A stretch of DNA of 64,000 nucleotides, taken from assembly GCA_024276825.1 (NCBI GenBank), contig JAJRWI010000010.1, forward strand, positions 32,001 through 96,000, read 5' to 3'. The notes under the pieces are model-generated. The model was not told the DNA's origin and made no database searches. It saw only the letters and a list, made by a program, of their open reading frames with translations. This DNA comes from an archaeon. Lineage in GTDB: Archaea > Asgardarchaeota > Thorarchaeia > Thorarchaeales > Thorarchaeaceae. A program made the translations under genes and the position numbers. Of the stretch, positions 58,696-64,000 are shown piece by piece (position 1 is the stretch's first letter; each line of letters starts with the position of its first letter).

Positions 58696-59523
58696 TCATT
58701 GGGTTCTGGGCACTCTAGGTGCAAGAGTAAAGTTGATCTTTCGACCATCTAAACCGTTCGAAGATATCGTGAGTGGCTTGTTGTTTGCCATGGATATTGT
58801 AATGCGATCATCAGGAATGAAAAGGGAAAGCCCCTTTAACAAATAGTCAATGTCATAATGTGAAACGATTAGTGATTCATTGATCTCCACATTCCAAATT
58901 CTATTTGAGTTCTGTAGTGTTTCATTAGAGAGAGTACCATCTTCAGTGTATATCTCAATGGATACATATGACAATTGAGATTCTTCACCATCATGAATGG
59001 TCAGTTTTGCCCCATTTGTCCGATTCTTGAATGGAAGTAGAATGTCATACAGTGTTCTCATTATGAGTGTGAAGGAACCAAGAACATCAAACTTTGGGGT
59101 CCGTTGAAACTGAGATATAGGAAGAACTTTGATCTTGTTTGAAATGCTTGATCGACCAACAGCCTTGATTCTTAAGGTGTCTGAGTTTTGAGAGGAGAAG
59201 TCAATTATAACGGCAGTTGATGCTTGTTGGATGCTGTTCATGAATTCACGGGGATTTATTGATAGCTGAATTGCAGAGTCTTCAGATTGAAATTCAAAAC
59301 CTCTAAAGAATTTTGGACTGAATGTACAATCAACAAAGGCTGTGTTTCTGCAATCTGGTTGTCTGATGCAAAGGCCATTGGAGTCAACAGTGATTATCAA
59401 TTCATCAAGCAGGGAGATGCAGCCATGAAAGAGTTTCTTGAATCGTCTCACACTTGTCGGAGTTATCACTCTCAATGTGAATGATTCATTGCTCTTGGTT
59501 TGTAAATCGGTAATCTCACTCAT
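58696..59523 (-). CDS. Divergent PCNA-fold sliding clamp protein
   Basis: 'ISLLDE....DSNGL.IR..D....AFVD..F....F..F' and the C-terminal 'Y..DYL...I.ISM..NKPL.......G.I.F.LAPRV'. Confidence 0.8.
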   Translation of the reverse strand: MSEITDLQTKSNESFTLRVITPTSVRRFKKLFHGCISLLDELIITVDSNGLCIRQPDCRNTAFVDCTFSPKFFRGFEFQSEDSAIQLSINPREFMNSIQQASTAVIIDFSSQNSDTLRIKAVGRSSISNKIKVLPISQFQRTPKFDVLGSFTLIMRTLYDILLPFKNRTNGAKLTIHDGEESQLSYVSIEIYTEDGTLSNETLQNSNRIWNVEINESLIVSHYDIDYLLKGLSLFIPDDRITISMANNKPLTISSNGLDGRKINFTLAPRVPRTQ

Positions 59524-59563
59524 GGAAGTTATTCTTACTGATGCAATTTAAACTCAGCAAAGA

Positions 59564-60856
59564 CTACTGGGTAGTACTCGCCAATGAAATATGCTGATCA
59601 ATTACTCCAGAGGACAATGATTCTTTGAATATGCTCTTGATTATGATGACATTAATGGCTAATGTAATTAATTCAAGAAAACCTGCCACAAGAAATGCGG
59701 TTACAAAATCAGCAAATGTCATAAGAATCCCAAATACAATGGGTCCAATAACAATCCCCAGATTCCCCATGAAGTTGAAAAAGCTCATGCCCATGGCTGA
59801 CTCCTCCCGTCCAACTGTGTCACCAACAAGTGCAATTGAGGGAGGCGCAGTGACGCCAGAGAAGACTCCCAGTAAGATGAGCATTGATAGGAATATGGGA
59901 AATCCAAAGGATCCGAAGTATCCTAACAGTAAGAGGATGATTCCATAACCTAGACTACCAATAACAAGAGGTCTGTAGCGACCATACTTGTCGGATAGTT
60001 TTCCCATCGGGTATTGTAATATTATAAATGGCATTGCAAAGAGTCCAAGTGCCATTCCTCGCAATGATTCAGACAGTCCAAGAACCGTAGACAGAAACAA
60101 TGGCAGAGCAACCAGGATGAAACCAATATGTAATCTGTCTATGAAATTGAATAGGCCAGGAACAAACAACTTTGGATGTCTTTTGGCTATCGTCAGGCTC
60201 TGCCTTAATGTTGGGCGAGCCTTTTTCAAAGATGGTTCTTTCAACCAAGCAATGGCTGTCAAGAAGACAACAACATTCAATGCTGCTGCATAGTAGTACG
60301 GCATAAACACACCATAGGAAGATATTACACCTCCAAATGCGGGACCCAATCCCATTGCAAGAGCTAGGAACGCTCCGAATATCCCCATGTTTCTACCACG
60401 ATTGTGAGATCCAGAGTAGTCTATTGCCAGAGTCATGAGCGTTTGCCACACCATGACAGTAAATGCACCTTGAATGAATCTGAATGCTAATAATAGTGGA
60501 TATGACTGGGCAGTGGTCATGAGCCAATAAAAAATGACAGACCCGAATGACCCTGTATATACAAAGCTCCGACGTACACCCAGCTTGTCCGAGAAAGCAC
60601 CCACCATAAGGCCAACTAATAAATAAGACAGATATAATACCCCATCAAACAGAGAGTATTCGAACTCAGTAATGTCAGCAAACCTATTAAGAATGAATTC
60701 GGGCTGGTTCACATGGAGTAGAGCAGCAGCAGTTATGGAGAAAAGTGTGAGAACACCTACTACAATAATTGATCGAGTTTTTTCGACCCCTGTTTGCTCA
60801 GAAATTGGCACTTCATTCATAGGCATCAACTTGGTCATATTCTTTAGTATCGACAT
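59564..60856 (-). CDS. MFS transporter
   Basis: 12 TM helices; motif A 'GAFSDKLGVRR' and 'GKLSDKYGR'. Confidence 0.92.
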   Translation of the reverse strand: MSILKNMTKLMPMNEVPISEQTGVEKTRSIIVVGVLTLFSITAAALLHVNQPEFILNRFADITEFEYSLFDGVLYLSYLLVGLMVGAFSDKLGVRRSFVYTGSFGSVIFYWLMTTAQSYPLLLAFRFIQGAFTVMVWQTLMTLAIDYSGSHNRGRNMGIFGAFLALAMGLGPAFGGVISSYGVFMPYYYAAALNVVVFLTAIAWLKEPSLKKARPTLRQSLTIAKRHPKLFVPGLFNFIDRLHIGFILVALPLFLSTVLGLSESLRGMALGLFAMPFIILQYPMGKLSDKYGRYRPLVIGSLGYGIILLLLGYFGSFGFPIFLSMLILLGVFSGVTAPPSIALVGDTVGREESAMGMSFFNFMGNLGIVIGPIVFGILMTFADFVTAFLVAGFLELITLAINVIIIKSIFKESLSSGVIDQHISLASTTQ

Positions 60857-60990
60857 TGCTATTCATGATCACAGGTAATTTAAATATAGTTAAGCATGCC
60901 AAGGTGTTTGATACATGGTTAGGGGAATGATTTCAGAAACAGATGGATTTGAGCTCATTAATGAAAAGTGCATGCATAAATGCTTCATCA

Positions 60991-61293
60991 TCATGCGGTG
61001 CGTTTGATTATGTGATATCCAAACTGCGTCTTGACAGGTGTTGTGGTCATTGCACCTACTGATAGTTTGAATGCCGCCTGCTCAAACTCAGGAACCATTG
61101 CTCCCCTCCCGAAGAAGCCGAGGTCTCCACCTTTCTTTTTCGAGGGACATTGGCTGAACTGGCGGGCCATCTGTGCAAAGTCAGCGCCATCGGATATCTT
61201 TTGAATGATCTCTAATGCTTGACTGTGCTTTTCCACGAGAATATGGCTCACACGGATTTTTCCACCCTTTCCTTTTTTCTTGCCTTTTGCCAT
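60991..61293 (-). CDS. Parvulin-type PPIase with a basic N-terminus
   Basis: 'SHILV', 'F...A...S.CPS...GGDLG.F.RG.MV..FE.AAF.L', '[11 protein letters not shown]'. Confidence 0.93.
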   Translation of the reverse strand: MAKGKKKGKGGKIRVSHILVEKHSQALEIIQKISDGADFAQMARQFSQCPSKKKGGDLGFFGRGAMVPEFEQAAFKLSVGAMTTTPVKTQFGYHIIKRTA

Positions 61294-61442
61294 TCGATTC
61301 ACCAATAGTCAGGATTGAGTGTGATTGATTATCAACTGCCTATAACTCATTCCATATCAGCTTCCAGTGTATAATACCCCAATGTGCATCTGGAAAAGAC
61401 ACCATTTCATTAGTGATTCTGGCAAATGAATTGATGGTTATA

Positions 61443-61667
61443 ATGAAAGTAGTAACAATCTGCCTCCCAGAGTCCTATCTTGAGGGTCTTGACAAGCTCA
61501 TAGACCAGAGTAAGTATCCTAACAGATCAGAGATCATTCGGATTGCAATACGTGATTTATTGGTCGATGAGTTGTGGGGTGAGAGAAGAAAGACTGATGG
61601 CGTGCCACTAATTGCACGAGTGAAAGACATCAGAGTTCCACAGCAAATGAATGGTGAGGTTTCCTGA
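61443..61667 (+). CDS. Ribbon-helix-helix regulator (CopG/CdrS-like)
   Basis: 'MKVVTICLPESYLEGLDKLI....YPNRSEIIRIAIRDLL..ELW'. Confidence 0.88.
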   Translation: MKVVTICLPESYLEGLDKLIDQSKYPNRSEIIRIAIRDLLVDELWGERRKTDGVPLIARVKDIRVPQQMNGEVS

Positions 61668-61809
61668 AATATCTCCGAATTATCTTTTTAATGAATTAGC
61701 ACAATACATAGTGCGTAAGAATCCCCAGTCTGCATGAGTACAATGCATCAAGTACATAAGTTAATGACGGGGAATACATATAGCTGAACAGATAGGAGAT
61801 TGAAACCAA

Positions 61810-62394
61810 ATGGTGATTAGAAGAATATTCGGTCGCAAGAAGAAAGACGAGGATGAAACTGAAGAGGTTGAAACTGAAACTGAAGCCGTTGAGATTGAAG
61901 AGGAGCCTGAGGCTGAAGTTGAGGCGGAGGCGGCAGTCGAAGAACCTGAGCAGGTTGAAGAAGAGGTTGTGGAAGAACCTGTGCCAGAACCTACCGGATA
62001 CATCCCATATCATGACTCGATCATTGACAGGTTGAAATACATGTTCAGCGCAGACATGGCTGTTGGTGTTCAGGGACCAGATGAATTCAGGCTGGAGTTT
62101 ATGGCTATGGGAGAGAGATTTCATGTCGCAAAGCCAGCAAACGGGGATGTTGAAGTAAAATTGGGGACCGTATCAGATGAGGATGTGTTCATCAGAATTG
62201 GTGACGATGCAGTGCGCGAGTTACTTTCTGCATCAACATTCTCAGAGTTCTCTAATATCTATTTGAGGTATTACAAGAACCCGGAAGCAGGCAAGTTTGT
62301 GAAGATCGAACTCAGAAAGGATGTTAGCAACCTTAATAGGAGAGGTTATGCCAGAGTACCCTTGCTGAAGCTGCTCATTGGTACAGCTCGGTAG
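61810..62394 (+). CDS. Hypothetical protein: basic N-terminal helix, Glu-rich linker and SCP2-like domain
   Basis: 'MVIRRIFGRKKK', about 50 aa of E/V/P low complexity, then a beta/alpha domain. Confidence 0.6.
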   Translation: MVIRRIFGRKKKDEDETEEVETETEAVEIEEEPEAEVEAEAAVEEPEQVEEEVVEEPVPEPTGYIPYHDSIIDRLKYMFSADMAVGVQGPDEFRLEFMAMGERFHVAKPANGDVEVKLGTVSDEDVFIRIGDDAVRELLSASTFSEFSNIYLRYYKNPEAGKFVKIELRKDVSNLNRRGYARVPLLKLLIGTAR

Positions 62395-63090
<696 letters not shown>

Positions 63091-63100
63091 TTGTCAAACG

Positions 63101-63132
63101 CACGAGTGACTGATTTCCTGTAGTCACTCGTG
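63101..63132 (+). terminator. 11-bp hairpin downstream of tpiA
   Basis: CACGAGTGACT...AGTCACTCGTG, followed by T-rich sequence. Confidence 0.55.
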
Positions 63133-63201
63133 GACTCTATTTTGTAGTCATTCCGCTACCTTTTTTCATGACAGATTGACAAGACTCTAGAGGACAGAAC
63201 A

Positions 63202-64000
63202 TTGAAAGTGACCCTTCATTGTGCACATTGCTTACTTGAACGTGCCATCAATCAGGTGAAACTTGCAACCGATGATCAAGAGCTGCAGATGACAGTGATT
63301 TCTGCAATGCTGGATTTTCTTTCTAAGAATTTCAATGAGGACTCTGTCCCCAGCTATATAGGCACTGACAGGGACCTTCTAGTTCAGAGAATGACTGGAA
63401 AGGACCCCTATGCTGAACTGAAAAAGATGTCTAATAGGATGGCATTGAAAATATTGCCCGAATTGGAAAGACTGGTGGATGAGTTTGATGAGAAGGACAG
63501 CAGGTTTAGAAGGGCAACCCTTGTTGCAGCTGCTGCAAATGCCATCGAGTTTGATGTGTCTGGAAGAGAGTTTGACCTTGATGAACTGAGGACCATTATC
63601 AAGAATGTGGAGTCGGACTTGGCAGTGGATCAGATTGCTGAATTTAGAGAGCTTTGCAAAAAGTCTGATCAGGTGCTCTATCTCATGGATAACGCTGGAG
63701 AGATTGTCCTAGATATGATATTAATACGCGAGATTAAGAGACTTGGCCCCATGGTAATTGCTGTTGTTCGTGGGGGACCTGTATTGAACGATGCAACAAT
63801 GAGGGATGCCATTGATGTAGGACTTGACAAATGTGCAGATGAAGTGATAGACACTGGAGCCCCGCTGATTGGAGTTCATCCCGAGAGGGTTTCCAAAGAG
63901 TTCTTGCAGGTGTTTGAGGATGCAAAAATGATTGTTGCAAAGGGCATGGGTAATTATGAGTCATTAACAGAATTAGAGCCAAAATGCCCAATTGTGCATA
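63202..64000 (+). CDS. DUF89/ARMT1-like damage-control phosphatase (3'-truncated by the window)
   Basis: TTG start gives LKVTLHCAHC...; 'DPY...K', 'N.IEF', 'YLMDNAGEIVLD', 'GPVLNDAT', 'AKGMGNYE'. Confidence 0.92.
   Translation, partial: MKVTLHCAHCLLERAINQVKLATDDQELQMTVISAMLDFLSKNFNEDSVPSYIGTDRDLLVQRMTGKDPYAELKKMSNRMALKILPELERLVDEFDEKDSRFRRATLVAAAANAIEFDVSGREFDLDELRTIIKNVESDLAVDQIAEFRELCKKSDQVLYLMDNAGEIVLDMILIREIKRLGPMVIAVVRGGPVLNDATMRDAIDVGLDKCADEVIDTGAPLIGVHPERVSKEFLQVFEDAKMIVAKGMGNYESLTELEPKCPIVH

Noticed and set aside
61850-61995. Repetitive GAA/GAG/CCT-rich DNA
   Set aside because: It is explained by a Glu/Val/Pro-rich coding linker and is not a CRISPR or tandem array.

Overview
This is a gene-dense archaeal chromosome segment of roughly 43% GC (estimated by eye). 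It is most likely from an Asgard archaeon, and the Bet3/TRAPP-like genes point to Thorarchaeota. Evidence for the assignment: class I LysRS, archaeal CCA enzyme, TrmY, S26e, L13e, aIF5A, Nob1 and ABCE1, plus several eukaryote-signature-like genes (Rab-like GTPase, TPR-PCI protein, alpha-SNAP-like solenoid, longin-like and Roadblock proteins, Bet3/V4R proteins). Most of the window is housekeeping. The most striking element is a 5-kb internally duplicated locus (21032-26031). It pairs Roadblock-wHTH-wHTH proteins (NPRL2-like architecture) with Bet3-like subunits and paralogous membrane proteins, and is a candidate proto-TRAPP/GTPase-regulator complex. Items missed by the ORF track: a CdrS-like RHH gene (5710-5883), tRNA-Leu(CAG) (44583-44670), a candidate C/D box sRNA (about 54163-54230), a partial DUF89 gene (63202 to the end), and three genes broken by single-base indels. 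Also notable are a divergent PCNA-fold protein, a DUF72 protein with a PIP box, and an AT-rich islet. No CRISPR array, rRNA or transposase was seen. All family calls come from recognising motifs by eye, without database searches.
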